Shown: piece after piece, positions 13,252 through 25,620 of the stretch
Numbering within the stretch: position 1 is the stretch's first letter
How the letters are laid out: every line of letters starts with the position of its first letter
Source: Octopus sinensis
Lineage: Eukaryota
NCBI RefSeq assembly: GCF_006345805.1
Contig: NC_043001.1
Location: forward strand, 66,650,001-66,714,000
DNA length: 64,000 nucleotides
Reading direction: 5' to 3'
Made by a program: the position numbers and the translations under genes
Notes under the pieces: generated by a model
The model's input: only the letters and a program-made list of their open reading frames with translations
Database searches by the model: none
What the model was told of the DNA's origin: nothing

Positions 13252-13286
13252 GTTTGACGTTTCGAGCGGAGCTCTTCGTCGGAAAC
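13252..13286 (-). ncRNA. Minimal type I hammerhead ribozyme motif
   Basis: Minus strand GTTT-CCGACGA-A-GAGC-tcc-GCTC-GAAA-CGT-C-AAAC. Stem I GTTT/AAAC, stem II GAGC/GCTC, palindromic ACGT stem III, GUC site. Confidence 0.7.
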
Positions 13287-13544
13287 ATAGAAGGAAAGGT
13301 CCCGAGAAGTGATACAGATGAGGTCACATACTAAAAGACGGAAGTGGTCAGAGTAGAAGAAAAAGTTTTTAAAAAACAGGAGAGTTATATCAAAGACGGA
13401 ATGGTAAAGAAGGGGTGCGAAGATAAGTGGGTGAGTGTTTGTGTGTGTGTGGCGAACAACACAGTAGCAGGCTAGTAGTAGTAGAATAAAGGAGTGGTGT
13501 GTGGGTACACTAGCAGGTCAACATGGCAAGTCAAAAGCAGGGAG

Positions 13545-13586
<42 letters not shown>

Positions 13587-15678
13587 ATCGTGTGTGTGTT
13601 TTGTTTGTAGTATGTGTGTGTGTACGTGTGCGTTTTTTGTGTGTATGCGTGGAGTTTGGGTGTGTGGCGAGTAACTGCTTAACGTCTGTGCTTATATGTG
13701 TGTACGTATGTGTATGTGTGCGTGCGCGTGTAGGTATATGTTGTGTGTATGTATATGTGTCGGTGTGTATGTGAATTAGTGTGTGTTTGTACGTGTGTAT
13801 GTGTGTGCATGTATTGTATATATATATATGTAAATGTGTGCGTGTGTGTGTACGTGCGTGGGAGTGAATGTATGTATGTATGTGCGTGTGTGTACAAATG
13901 TAGGGGTTTATATGTGTGTATATATCTGCATGCAAGGACACACTTCACAACTGAAAGACTGATGGAAAAAAACTCTTCCGTTGCGGGCGCATGCGAATCC
14001 ACAGGCACACACACACACGCACCAACGTACGCCCAAAACAAAGCCAACCCCACAGGCATGCGTGTATGCATGTGTGTATGTATGTGCGTGTGCGTGTGCA
14101 TGCGTAGGTATGTGTGTGTGTATGTATGTATGTATGTATGTGTGGGTTTGTATGTCTGTATGTATGTATGTCTGTATGAGTGTATGTAAGTATGTGTGTG
14201 TGTATGTGTATGTATGTATGTGTGTAAGTGTGTGTGTATGTATGTATGTGTGTGTGTGTAAGTGTGTGTGTATGTATGTATGTGTGCATGTGTGTATGTG
14301 TGTGTGTGTAGGTATGTATGTATGTGTGCATACGTGTATGTGTGCATACGTGTATGTGTGTGTATGTATATGCATGCATGTGTGTATGTATGTGTGTATG
14401 TATATGTGTATGTGCATATGTGTGTGCATATGTGTGTGTATGTATGTGTGTGTGTATGTATGTGTGTGTGTATGTATGTGTGTGTGTATGTATGTGTGTA
14501 TATATGTATGTGTGTATGTATGTATGTATGTATGTGTGTATGTATGTATGTGTGTGTGTATGTTTGTGTGTGTATGTATGTATGTATGTGTGTACGTGTG
14601 TGTGTGTGAATGTATGCATGTGTGCATGGGGTTTCCTCTGGAGTTGTGTGGGCGTAATGTATGTATGTATACGTGTGTGTGTATGTATGCGTGTGTGTGT
14701 ATGTTGGTGTGTATGTATGTGTGTGTGTATGTATGTATGTATGTATGTGTGAGTGTATGTGTGTATGTATGTGTGTGTGTGTGTGTGTATGTGTGTGTGT
14801 ATGTAGGTGTATATGTGTGTAAGTGTTTAGGTATGTATGTGTGCGCGCGTGCATGCATGTATGTATGTATGTATAGTGTGTGCACGCGTGCATGCATGCA
14901 TGTATATGTGTATGTATGTATGTATACACACACACATGCATTTAGGGCAGGCCGCACTCCAGACGCACGCCTGCGCGCCCGTGGTCCCACATGCACCCAC
15001 TCCAAAAAAACCCATCCCCATCAATCCCTCAACTATATAGTGTGCACCTGGATACAAATATATGTATGTGTGTGTGTGCATGCGTGTGTGTATGTATGCA
15101 TGCATGTGTGCATGCATGTATGTGTGCATGTGTGTGTGCGTATGTATGTATGTTGTGTGTGTAGGTGTGTATGTATAGGTGTATGTGTGTGTGTGTGTAT
15201 GTATAGGTGTATGTGTGTGTGTATGTATGTGTGTATGTATGTATGTGTGTATGTATGTATGTATGTATGTGTGTGTGTGTATGTATGTATGTATGAATGA
15301 ATGTGAATGTATGTATGTGTGTGTACGTATGTGTGTGAATGTATGCGTGTGTTCGTGGGGTTTCCTCTAAGGTTGTGTGGGCGTAATGTACATGCACGTG
15401 ACGTCCTTGTATGTGTGTGTGTCTCTACCTGGTGTTTATAAAGGTATTGTTTGTTGGTGTGTGTGTGCACGGGCATGTGTGTGTGCGCGTGGGTGTGTGT
15501 ATAGGTGTGGAAGTATGTGTGCGTACAAGTGCGCGTAGGTTGTATGTGTGTGGTGTGTTGGAGGTAGGTGAGGTAGGTGTGTTGGGGGTGTGTTCGTGGA
15601 TACGTGGGTATGCGTGTGTGTGTTATGTGTATAAGGATTAAAAAAAAGGGGTGGAGAAAGAGAGGTTGAGCGCAGTCA

Positions 15679-16789
15679 CTAAGAGGAGGGGGCTGTGTTG
15701 AGTCCGTGTGGGGTATTGGTTTGTAGAGTGAAGATGAAACGTTGCTCCAAGTGAAGCCTGGATTGTGGAAGACCGTTGTGTGGGGCGAGACCAAACACAG
15801 AGATGTCATCGGGGGAATGGCTGGCCGAGCGGAAGTGACGTGCGACGGGAGAAAAGGACCGTAGACGAACATCCCTTAGATGTTCGGCGAATCGGTCTGA
15901 CAAGCAGTGTCCTGTCTGTCCTATATACAGCATTCTGCAGAGGTTGCATTTAATACAGTATATGAGGCCAGACGAGGTGCACGTAAAAGAATGTCTGATA
16001 CGTACAGTTCGCTGGTTGGAACCGGTGACAGCAGTGGTGTTGGTGATGAAGGGGCAGGTGTTGCAGCGGGATCTAGAGCACGGGAATGATCCGTGTGGGG
16101 CTGAGGGGGAAGAAGAGAGGGTGCTATGGACCAGGAGGTTGCATAGATTCCGGGCTCGTTTGAAGGAGGACAGGGGTGGGTTGGGGAAAATGGGGCGGGT
16201 CATGGGATCGAGCTGGAGGCGACGGCAGGCACGTAGTATCTTCCGATGAAGGGGTAGAGTAGAGGGGTGGAAAAGGAGGGGAAAGGGGGTGCAGTTGGAG
16301 GGGTGAGAGGAAGGAGAAAGGGCGGTGGTGCGGTCGATGTGACGGGCGCGGGCGAGGGCATTTAAGACTAGTGTAGGTGGGTATCCTCGGTGCCTGAACA
16401 GGTGGGCCAGGTATTGAGATTGGGTCTCGAAATCCTGGTCGCGGCTGCACAAACGTCGGAGGCGGAGGAACTGGGAGAAGGGGATGGCCCGTTTGGTGTG
16501 GAAGGGGTGGGAGGAGGAGAAGTTGAGATAGAGGTATGAATCCGTGGGTTTGAAGAAGGCAGAGGTGGTGAGAGAGTGGGAGGGATGGTCGATGCTGAGA
16601 GAGATATCAAGGAAGTTGACAGAGGTATTGGAGATGGTTGAAGTGAATTGTAGAGAGGGGTGGAAGTTGGAGAGGAAAGAGATGAAATGGCAGAGTTGTT
16701 CGTGGGAAAGGGAGGTGGCACCTATGCAGTCGTCTATGTAGCGACCGTATAGTTCCGGGTCGGCCCGGAGAATTGGAGAATACTTGGGC

Positions 16790-16790
<1 letters not shown>
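15679..16790 (-). CDS. PLE RT C-terminal part + GIY-YIG endonuclease (about 370 aa, 5' truncated)
   Basis: Track ORF 15679..16452 extends upstream in frame without a stop through the YIDD motif (my translation). Confidence 0.85.
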
Positions 16791-16841
<51 letters not shown>

Positions 16842-16847
<6 letters not shown>

Positions 16848-17080
16848 GTTGTATACTGTCAATCTAACAAGAACGTGACAGTAGGGGGTACACCACCGCT
16901 GTATAGCCCTAAGAAGCATCGAACGCCTCCTGATAGCTTTGACACATTTTTTCCCTAAGGGGAGACAAACACCCCCGGCCGCTGGAACTGCATCTAGGGA
17001 CACCGTGTTTCAGGATCGTTGTCCTTCATCGGCCTAGAGTAGCAGACACCGGTCAGCTGGTGATATTTGCCTCGACTTCG
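16842..17080 (-). mobile_element. Isolated PLE-type terminal (pseudo-LTR) fragment
   Basis: Contains a hammerhead motif and runs into the (TA)n at 16793-16841. Confidence 0.6.
16993..17038 (-). ncRNA. Minimal type I hammerhead ribozyme motif
   Basis: Minus strand TCTAGG-CCGATGA-AGGA-caacga-TCCT-GAAA-CACGGTGT-C-CCTAGA. Perfect 6-bp stem I, 4-bp stem II, ACAC/GTGT stem III, GUC triplet with C at 16999. Confidence 0.75.
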
Positions 17081-17885
17081 TAATTCTATATATCTATATT
17101 CAGTGAAGCTTATTCACTTATTATCAAAATAAGAAATATATTGAAGAGGCATCTCAAGTCCATCATATGGCTCCAAACACCATCACTGATGCTGGATTCT
17201 CATTTTATATGCCAGCAGGCACTTAAAAAGGCTCAAATACAATAACCCTGCAAATGTGACCACTGATGAATTGGTCAAATATGAATTTCTTTTTAACAAA
17301 GATTCTCACTTTCTTTCCCTTGAGTCGAGAAATTTTGAGGTTCTCTCAGTCGTAATAGCTTTAGAATAGTCTGTGAGAATATTTCAATCCCCATGAATGT
17401 ATGGCTTTATAGCTAAGTAATTTTTAATGGCTCTAGCTATAATCCTGATGTACACACCACAGTTCCCTGCAAGCTGGTTATGTTGGTGGCTGGATTTATT
17501 ACAATATTTAAACCAGCCAGAATGGTACTAGTATGCTTGTGACCATGCAAATATGAAATAAATAGAGAAAATCTTCTGTAACATTCAACTTAGCAGCCAG
17601 AGTATAGCAAACTCTAGCTTTTGCATTCTCTGTATCAGCATTAATGTAACACTTGGTACAACTCAATACAATCTGTCAGAATTTGAGGAAAAATATTAGC
17701 TTTTAATTCATGCTAATTATTAAAATATAGCATTTGAAAACAGTTTCAGCTTAACTGCCTGATCGTGTGTGTGTGTGTGTGTGTGTGCGTGCGTGCGCGC
17801 ACATTATGTTTTACTTTCAGTAAATGTTAGCCAGAAGTAATATGTTATTTTGTAGCACAGCTGGAATATTTTTCATTTCTCATAG

Positions 17886-17957
17886 CAGAAAGGAACTTCT
17901 TTGCTGCGACAGAATGTAGTAGAAACCAGAACAGTATCACAGACTATTGTTCTGCAA
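17886..17957 (+). other. Candidate 72-bp phase 1-1 exon (ERNFFAATECSRNQNSITDYCSA)
   Basis: Good acceptor ttttcatttctcatag, weak donor gtattg, open Cys-containing frame. Confidence 0.25.
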
Positions 17958-20900
17958 GTATTGCTGTCAATATTCTGCAATTTACAAATCCTGCCAATTC
18001 TTAAATTGTCAATCACAAAACTAAATGGGAAAAATGAACAAAATATCTATAGAACTTGTTTACTTATAAAGATGCAAAACACAGTTTCTACCTTAACCCT
18101 TTTGGTATCAAATTACCAGAGATCATCTTTGGTTCTGTTGTACAAAACTTCTTACTGTAAAATATTCATATTTAAGTTAAAAACCTATGATAAGGACCAT
18201 TTAAGTTCAAAACACCAAATTTACAGTAGAAAAGTTATTTTGCTAAATCTATGCAAATTCCAGATTAATTACAAAATTAATTGAAACACATGGACAGTTT
18301 ATATAATTTGAAATATTATTGCAAAAGTATTAATAGGATAAAACAATGGTGTTTGAAAAACTCATCATTTAAGGAATTTGTTTTTATGTTTCTATATAAG
18401 GACTGCAGAAACTATGTAATATTAACTTTAAAATAAATCAAAGCCAAAAAAAAAAAAAAGAAAAAGATCATTCCCATTATTTGTAAATGGCAGCATGTAT
18501 GATACTTCCATAAATTGTTCTAGGATCATATGTTGTTGTGAACAAACATTAACACTCTTTTGGTCTCACCAAACTTGATCCAATGAAACATTGAAGATGT
18601 GGTAGGTGGTGGGGGAATTGTACCATACCACCACTAGGCTGCTGTTCATTTTCAACTCAGTAGACATAAAGTGTCTTGTTCAAGACCACAATAAATTATC
18701 CAGCCCAAGAATTGAACATACAAGCTGGTGGTAGGGATCCTAATACATGAACCAGGCTTTGGTGTCTTTCTCTTAACCTAAAGTGAGGTGGTTTTTTTTA
18801 CATACCATCTTGTTGAACACTACCACTTGGCACTTTGGGTAACGTTTGCAGAGTTCACTTTGTTGCAGTTATTGGAGCCAGTAAACTTAGTTTCATCCCT
18901 GTCCTTGGGCTTACAACAGACATTAACCATCTGAAGAAGTTCAGGTTGGAAATCAGTGTCATCAGTCTTGCTAGTTTGAGAGTGTGGCCCTCACATGTCA
19001 TGAACATTGCCCCTCTTCCTCCTTAAGAAAGAAGAACACTTAATATTTCCAGAACATAAGGCAGCAAGCTGGCAGAATCATTAGCATATTGAACAAAATG
19101 CTTAGCAGCATTTTGTCTGTCTTCACATTCTGAGTTCAAATTCCACTGAGGTTGACTTTGCCTCTTATCCTTGATAATCCTTATATATATTTTTTCCTTA
19201 ACAGGTAAAATAACTTATTTGCTTACAGATTCATTCTGTCGCAGATTTTAATTTCTATATAAGTTACCAGGAATTTAAGTAGAAGATTGAAAATAAAATG
19301 TGGTCAGTTCTCAAAATTTTGTGAAAGTTAAGTAAAGTTAAAATCTTGGTTGCACTTAACAGTGTGGCCTTTAACTTCTGTTAATTGGGTCTGATTTGGT
19401 ACTAGCTTTTAGTTCTCACTGTAAAACAATGTAATGGCCTAATTGTTGGTGTCTATGACATTTATAAAACTGTTGATTGGTATATATGTTGTTTGTATTT
19501 ATTATTATTAGTCAAACTGCAGAGTAAACTTAAGTTCTAAGCAGCTACCCAATTATCATTCCTTTACAGTGCCATTTTACTCCATTCATTCTATGCTACC
19601 TGCTAGAAACTGCAGCCAAATCTTCTTAAAATTACATTGTAGTGTCTTTAAAATGAAAGAGACTCATTGGATAATGTAATTCTGGATATGCTACAGCTGA
19701 AAGAAGAATAGAATAGCTATTATGCTGGAATGCTTTTGCTCATTTGTGTGCTTGGTTCAGGCTGACCTGGGACTAAACAACTCATACCACTAATATTCTT
19801 AAAAAGAGAATGAATGTGGTAACTTCCCATTACCTTTCGACTAAAAACCTGTCTTCATTCATAATGAACCAGAAACTTCTTAATCATTGTAAACAAGTCA
19901 AGCATGTCTCATGATAATTCTGTGTGGTGGTGGTGGTGGCAGCAATGGTATTGTGGTAGTAGTGGTGATCTACCAAATGTATATATTATTTCTGGTAATA
20001 TTACTATATAGAGCCCATTGCAATAGTATTGTATAGTGCCTCTGATGATAGTAGTGTATAGAGTCCATGGCTAGACCAACTGATTCCCAGTGGTTCAGTA
20101 CATCCTGGAATGATCAAAACATATTTACTGACCTCACTCTTTTCATGCAATATTTGTCTGTTGCTTTGATATCTTTTAATAAATGGTTTCTCTGAGGAGG
20201 AAGGTCAGCACCTATGACCTTGCAGGCCCTCCAAGGCTAGACAGAGGATCTCGATGGTTTCAAACATATCCACATAGTTTCAGTCTACATTATTTCACTC
20301 TCAAATTTTGGGTTAGCCTGATGCTATGATAGGAGGTAGTTTCTGAACATGTCACATAGTGGAATTGAACCCATAATCATGTGATTATAAATCCTTCTTC
20401 ATCACCACACAATCCAAGACATTATTTTACTGACATTATTTTACTGACAAAGTTGTAATTAAAGTAAATTATCTTTCAAAATAAATCCCTCAGTATGTTA
20501 TATTTGGTTCTCGGGTAAGATAAATTCTAATTTCTCTAATATTTCTGAAGAGTTATGTCTATCCTAATAATTGGTTTAATTTTTGGCATAAGGTCAGCAA
20601 TTTTGTGGAAAGTACTTGATTGGTACTTTATTTTATCAGCCCAGGAGGTATGAAAGACAAAGTTGACTTGTGGGATTTGAACAGAGAATGTAAACAACTG
20701 AAAGAAATGTTGCTTAGCAATTTGTTCAATGCTCTAACAATTCTGTCACCTTGTCACTATTCTCATAACAACACTTTTGTGATATTTTTGTTTTCCTCTC
20801 TTCTTATACAACTTAGGACTATGCAAATTTAGCTATCTCTTGTTCGACCCTTGTCTGCTCTGATTGAATGCCCATGAACAAAAATGTTACAATGGATAAT

Positions 20901-21664
20901 CCAATGTGTCCTTCTGAGGTAGACTTGGCTGCTATTTCTATGAACTATGTGCTTACATATAATATATTTGTATAAGTTATTGGTTGTGTACATGTTTTAA
21001 TACCTGAAAACCTTTCCCAATTGAATCGATAAACTGAAGCACCTATTACTTGAGTTTCCTAGATAATTCTGCTTCCTCTTCTTTACATTTGAAGCTACAT
21101 TGCATATCAATCCATCTTTGCACAGTTTCAGTACTATATTAGATTTTCTATTGAAAGAAGTTGCTAGAGTTTTAACCATTCTTTATTTCCAGAAGAAAAG
21201 ACACTGTGGTGGTGGTGGTGGTGGTGGGAGTCACACTTGGCCCCATCTTACAACACAATGTAATTGATTGATTGAGAGAGAGAGAGAGAGAGAGAGAGGC
21301 TGGAAGGAAAATCAACCCCAGTACTTAACTGGTACTTATCAACTCAGAAAGTATAAAAGTCAGAGTTGATTTTTGTGTGATTTGAACTTGGGGCCCAGAG
21401 AACCCAGAGAACAAATACTGCAGCACATTCACTCAGGCTCTGATCATAGTGCTATCAATTTGCTAACTTTTATATACTTTCGACACTGCTTAGGGAGATT
21501 TTCAGTGGGAAGAGGAAAGAAGTCCAGTGAGTTGGTACTTGGTGTGGAAAGGATAGGTAAAACTGCTTGTGTAGAGGTTGGAGATTGAGATGTGGTGGGA
21601 GTGGGGATAAGAAGAACAGAACTAGGTGTGTCAAGTGTGTGTGTGTGTGTATATCATATATATC

Positions 21665-21850
21665 ATAAGATCATCATCGATGAACGGTACGCTGTTTCCG
21701 CCTTAGCACGGGTTGGACGGTTTACGGGTCTGCGGCCGAAGCCAGGGGCCTGCTCCCAGGCTCCAGTCTGAATCTGGCATGAGTTTCTACGGCTGGATGC
21801 CCTTCATAGCCAACACTCCGTGAAAAATTGGTGCTTGTTACGTGCCACCT
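21665..21850 (-). mobile_element. RTE LINE 3' UTR fragment
   Basis: catcatcga..ttagcacgggttggacgg..ggctggatgcccttc..gccaacactcc matches 41468-41650. Confidence 0.8.
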
Positions 21851-22043
21851 CTGCAAGAAGGCCGAAATGTAGGAGGGTCCGGCAATCGTCACGATCTGAT
21901 TCGAGCATTTTAACGGTCAGCGGCACGGAACGGGGCAACGAGGTCCGTGGGTATTTGAGGGACTGAGGGTAATTTTGGGGATCGGCGTACTTTGGGATCC
22001 GGTAAGGTGTATCCGGTGTAGATAGAGAGAACGGGGTATACTG

Positions 22044-22160
22044 GTATTGTGTGGGGGGGGTGAGAACAGTGTTCAACGGTATTGTGGTGGGGGTGAGAAC
22101 AGTGTTCAACGGTATTGGTGGTGGGGGTGAGAACAGTGTTCAACGGTATTGGTGTGGGGG
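22044..22160. repeat. 33-34 bp tandem repeat, 3 copies
   Basis: tgagaacagtgttcaacggtattg at 22061, 22094 and 22128. Confidence 0.95.
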
Positions 22161-22176
22161 TGGGGGGGGCGGGCGC

Positions 22177-22643
22177 ACCGCCAATGACTGAAATATGGGA
22201 AAAGATTGGATTACGGCTTGAGGCAGCCTGCGTTTAAATATTGTAGAGAGAGAGATAGGAGATAAATCAAGTTATGGCGAAGGCTTGAAAAGTATCTTAA
22301 AAAGGTTATTTTCGTAACAGTGTAGAATAAACGTATTAACACGAATAAAAAAATATAGTAAGATAAATTTTTTAAGAACTTGCTGCGGTCATCGAGCGGG
22401 AGTTTTAAATTGAAGAAGAAAGTAGTTGCACTGGGAATTTAAATTGCAGATCGTAATAGTAATAGTAATGGCGGTTTTTCAAGTTTTAGCTATGAAGAAG
22501 AAGAGGAGGGAAAAGAAAGACCGCCAATGACTGAAAGATGGAAAAAAGATGGATTACGGCTGAGGCAGCCTGCGATTAAATATTGTAGAGAGAGAGATAG
22601 GAAGATAAACAAGTTTGGCGAAGGCTTGAAAGTATCTTAAAAA
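22177..22643. repeat. About 125-bp direct repeat pair (22177-22303 and 22520-22643)
   Basis: Both read accgccaatgactgaaa...gaggcagcctgcg...ggcgaaggcttgaaa(a)gtatcttaaaaa and differ mostly by small indels. Confidence 0.92.
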
Positions 22644-22737
22644 AAAAAAAAAAAATATATATATGAGATGAAGAAAGGTGAAAAAACACAGGTTTTGCTT
22701 AATCATTTAAATTTCTACAAAAATAACTTGATCATAG

Positions 22738-22773
22738 TTGGTCATTTGCTGGCATTTCCTGATCTTGTTCCGG
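22738..22773 (+). other. Candidate 36-bp phase 1-1 exon (GHLLAFPDLVP)
   Basis: catag|...CCGG|gtaaga has a strong donor and an open frame, resembling the CTLD 'GxHLxxI' stretch. The acceptor pyrimidine tract is weak. Confidence 0.3.
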
Positions 22774-23691
22774 GTAAGACGAGTTCATATCTTCTCACAT
22801 CTTGATTCTGTTACCAGAAATTACTCACAGCTAAATAAAAAAAAAAGGCTAAATAGAAATGTTGCCAACAATAGACCATCGAAATGTTTCAATGTCTGCA
22901 AAGAATTTCTGTTCTGTTATTCATTACACATTAATTAAACTGTCAACAGCACTTGAATATGAATTTAGAGTGATGTGATGATACACTTTGAGAGCATATG
23001 TGTACTTAACTCAGAATTGTATTATATTCATAATATACTGTTAAAAGAAAACTTTTTAGTCACATAAAAATTTTTTTAAATAAATATCCGTATTCCATTA
23101 TGAAGAAACCTAGGAAATAGAATTTAATTACTTCTTGTAGCATTTGAAAAAAAAATTGTTAGAAATTAAATTTTTTTATAGGAAAACTTTAAAAGAAGCC
23201 CATTCAGTAAATATACATTATATTTGCTATTTTTTGTATGCAAGTTGTTCTAAGTGATTTTTTTTAGGTCATCTGTTACCAAATAGAAATGGCACAATAA
23301 TAATGATAATAATCTACATACAACAAATTTGTTTAACTGATATGAAATGAGTTTGAGATTTGCTTAGTACATCAAGTATTTAATTATTACCAATGTGTGA
23401 CGGTGGTAAGTAATTAGCTTCTCAACCACATGGTTCAGGGTTCAATCTCATTGTGTGGCACCTTGGGCAAGTGTCTTCACCTATAACCTCAGTTCATCCA
23501 AAGCCCTGTAAGTAAATTTAGCTGATGAAAACTGAAACTCATTGTATATATATAATAATGAACTTATTGTACTCAATGCTCAGGTGTACTACAAATCATC
23601 AGAAAAAGTAACCAAAACTACATGAACAGTACATAGAATATGCACAGGAAGTGAACAATTAATAAGTCTACAAAAAATAAAAAAAGGTTCA

Positions 23692-24085
23692 GATGTGACT
23701 GTGTGGTAAGAAGCTTGCTTCCCACTGCATAGTTCCGGGTTCAGTCCCATTGTGTGGCACTTTAGGCAAGTGTCTTCTCTTGTAGCCTCAGGCTGACCAA
23801 AGCTTTGTGTGTGGATTTGGTAGATGGAAAGTGAAAGAAGCCTGTTGTATATATATATAGGCATATATCTATGTGTGTCTCTGTGTTTGTCCCCCACCAC
23901 TGCTTGACAACCTGTGTTGGCGTGTTTATATTCCTGTAATTTAATGGCTCAGCAAAAGAGACCAATAGAATGGGTACCAGGCTTTAAAAAATAGAAGCCC
24001 TGGGGTTAATTTGTTTGATTAAAATCCTTCAAAGCAGTGCCCCAGCATGGCCATAATCAAATGACTGAAACAAAAGATAAAAGAT
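23692..24085 (+). mobile_element. tRNA-derived SINE (family A), near full length
   Basis: tgtggtaagaagcttgcttccc..ggttcagtcccattg..ggcaagtgtctt..ggaaa..aaagaagcc..tgactgaaacaaaagataaaag. Partial copies at 23395-23545, 24085-24270, 10150-10225, 2640-2760 and 38180-38310. Confidence 0.85.
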
Positions 24086-25166
24086 ATGTGTATGTGTCTT
24101 TGTGTATATGTTTGATCCAAACCACCGTTTGACAGTCGGTTTTTCATTTACACCCCCATAACTTAGTGGTTTGGAAAAAAAAAAGTACTTCAGTTGATTT
24201 GTTTGACTAAACCCTTCAAGGCAGTGTCCCACCATAACTGCAGTCCAGTGGCTGAAACATGTATAAACAAAACATACACTGAAAGAAGATGTAAATGGTA
24301 ATGCAAATAGTATTTGTGTGTATTGATGCACATGTATGTGTGTGTCTATATTGATACATGGTACATATATGTATGTCTGTGTGTGTGTGTGTGTGTGTTT
24401 ATTGTAATTTTATTGAGAATATTAGATTATATACTTAACACTTCTTCAGAGTTCTTTTTCAATCGATGTTCTTGAGCACATAAAAATATTTATTTTTTAT
24501 TGTGTGTGTGTGTGTGTGTAGATGTATGCACCTATACATATATAAATATATATATGATGATTTTTTTTATATAGTTGCGTGTTTGTGTGTGTATTAATAC
24601 ATATTTTTCTACTACGAAATTGAGTAATTCCAGTGCACAACAAATATTTGTTTTGTAGTTACCAAGTGAAATCTCAACAAGTTCGATGAGCTCACACAGT
24701 GAAAAACATTTAAATTTTGCTAAACAGCTTGGTTGATAAAATGTGTGACTGACTACACCTTTCATTTATTCATGTTTCCTCATTACCCATGTTTATGCAT
24801 GACTCTGAAAATCTTAACTGTTACTTGGATTCACTAATAACACATGAACCTTCCACTCTATAGTTTACATTGAAGAGTATCAGGCATAATAGTACTTTTG
24901 TAAATACAGCCTGTTAAAATTTAACTGTAATAGTTACACCTACCTTGAAATAAAAGCTATTTAAACAGCAGAAAAACATATATATATCAAACAGTGAGAA
25001 TGAGTGCTTTAGTACTGCATTAGTGCATAAAAGTTATTTATAATTTAAGGCTACCATTGGTTTCATGTTAAGAGAGTAATCCCTTAATTATCAAGCATGC
25101 TACTTGGAAGATCAGTATTCATCTCTCTCTCTCTCTAAATATATACACACACATATATATATATAC

Positions 25167-25245
<79 letters not shown>

Positions 25246-25434
25246 TGAGTAGACAAACAAAAGAAGGGCACTCAACAAATTTATTGGGATCAAAACAGTT
25301 TGATTCAAATTTGTTGGTACTGTTGAGTTTCAGGCGAGTGAAGATACTCTCAGCATATACAGTCGTCCAGATCCATGGACAGAGAGAACTCTACTTGCTT
25401 GTCTCATTTACTCTGGAGACTTTTTATCACTGAG

Positions 25435-25620
25435 ATGAAATACCCAGCATCAAGTGAACTATTGTTGACAGAATGCTACCATATTCATCTGGCACCCTCA
25501 ACTGCCAGCTCTACCTACATGAAAAACTGCTTATCCTCCAACAACCCATAGTATTCATCAACAAGGAATATGATTTATTGTATTGCTGTCTCCAGCAATT
25601 TCAGGCCTCTGACTGCCAGA
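25435..25620 (+). mobile_element. PLE GIY-YIG C-terminal relic
   Basis: IK*TIVDRMLPYSSGTLNCQLYLHEKLLIL..INKEYDLL is a decayed form of the typical PLE tail W.I+D..PY..G...C.LCL.EK..I. Confidence 0.65.

Larger units (their letters stand above)
13166..16790 (-). mobile_element. 5'-truncated Penelope-like element, copy 1
   Basis: Continuous frame from about 16790 to 15679: ELYGRYIDDCIG (RT motif C), VNFLDIS, SSHPFHTKRAIPFSQFLRLRR, then [28 protein letters not shown]. About 2.1 kb of CA-rich 3' region, a terminal segment 13530-13166 with a hammerhead motif, and (TA)n on both sides. Confidence 0.93.

Noticed and set aside
17901-18284. 127-aa ORF
   Set aside because: TTG start, AT-rich composition, no motif. 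Only a 72-bp sub-interval in another frame is kept as a weak exon candidate.
22044-22160. Short regularly spaced repeats (also 61880-62345) as a CRISPR array
   Set aside because: Units are contiguous tandem copies with no unique spacers, there are no cas genes, and the context is eukaryotic.
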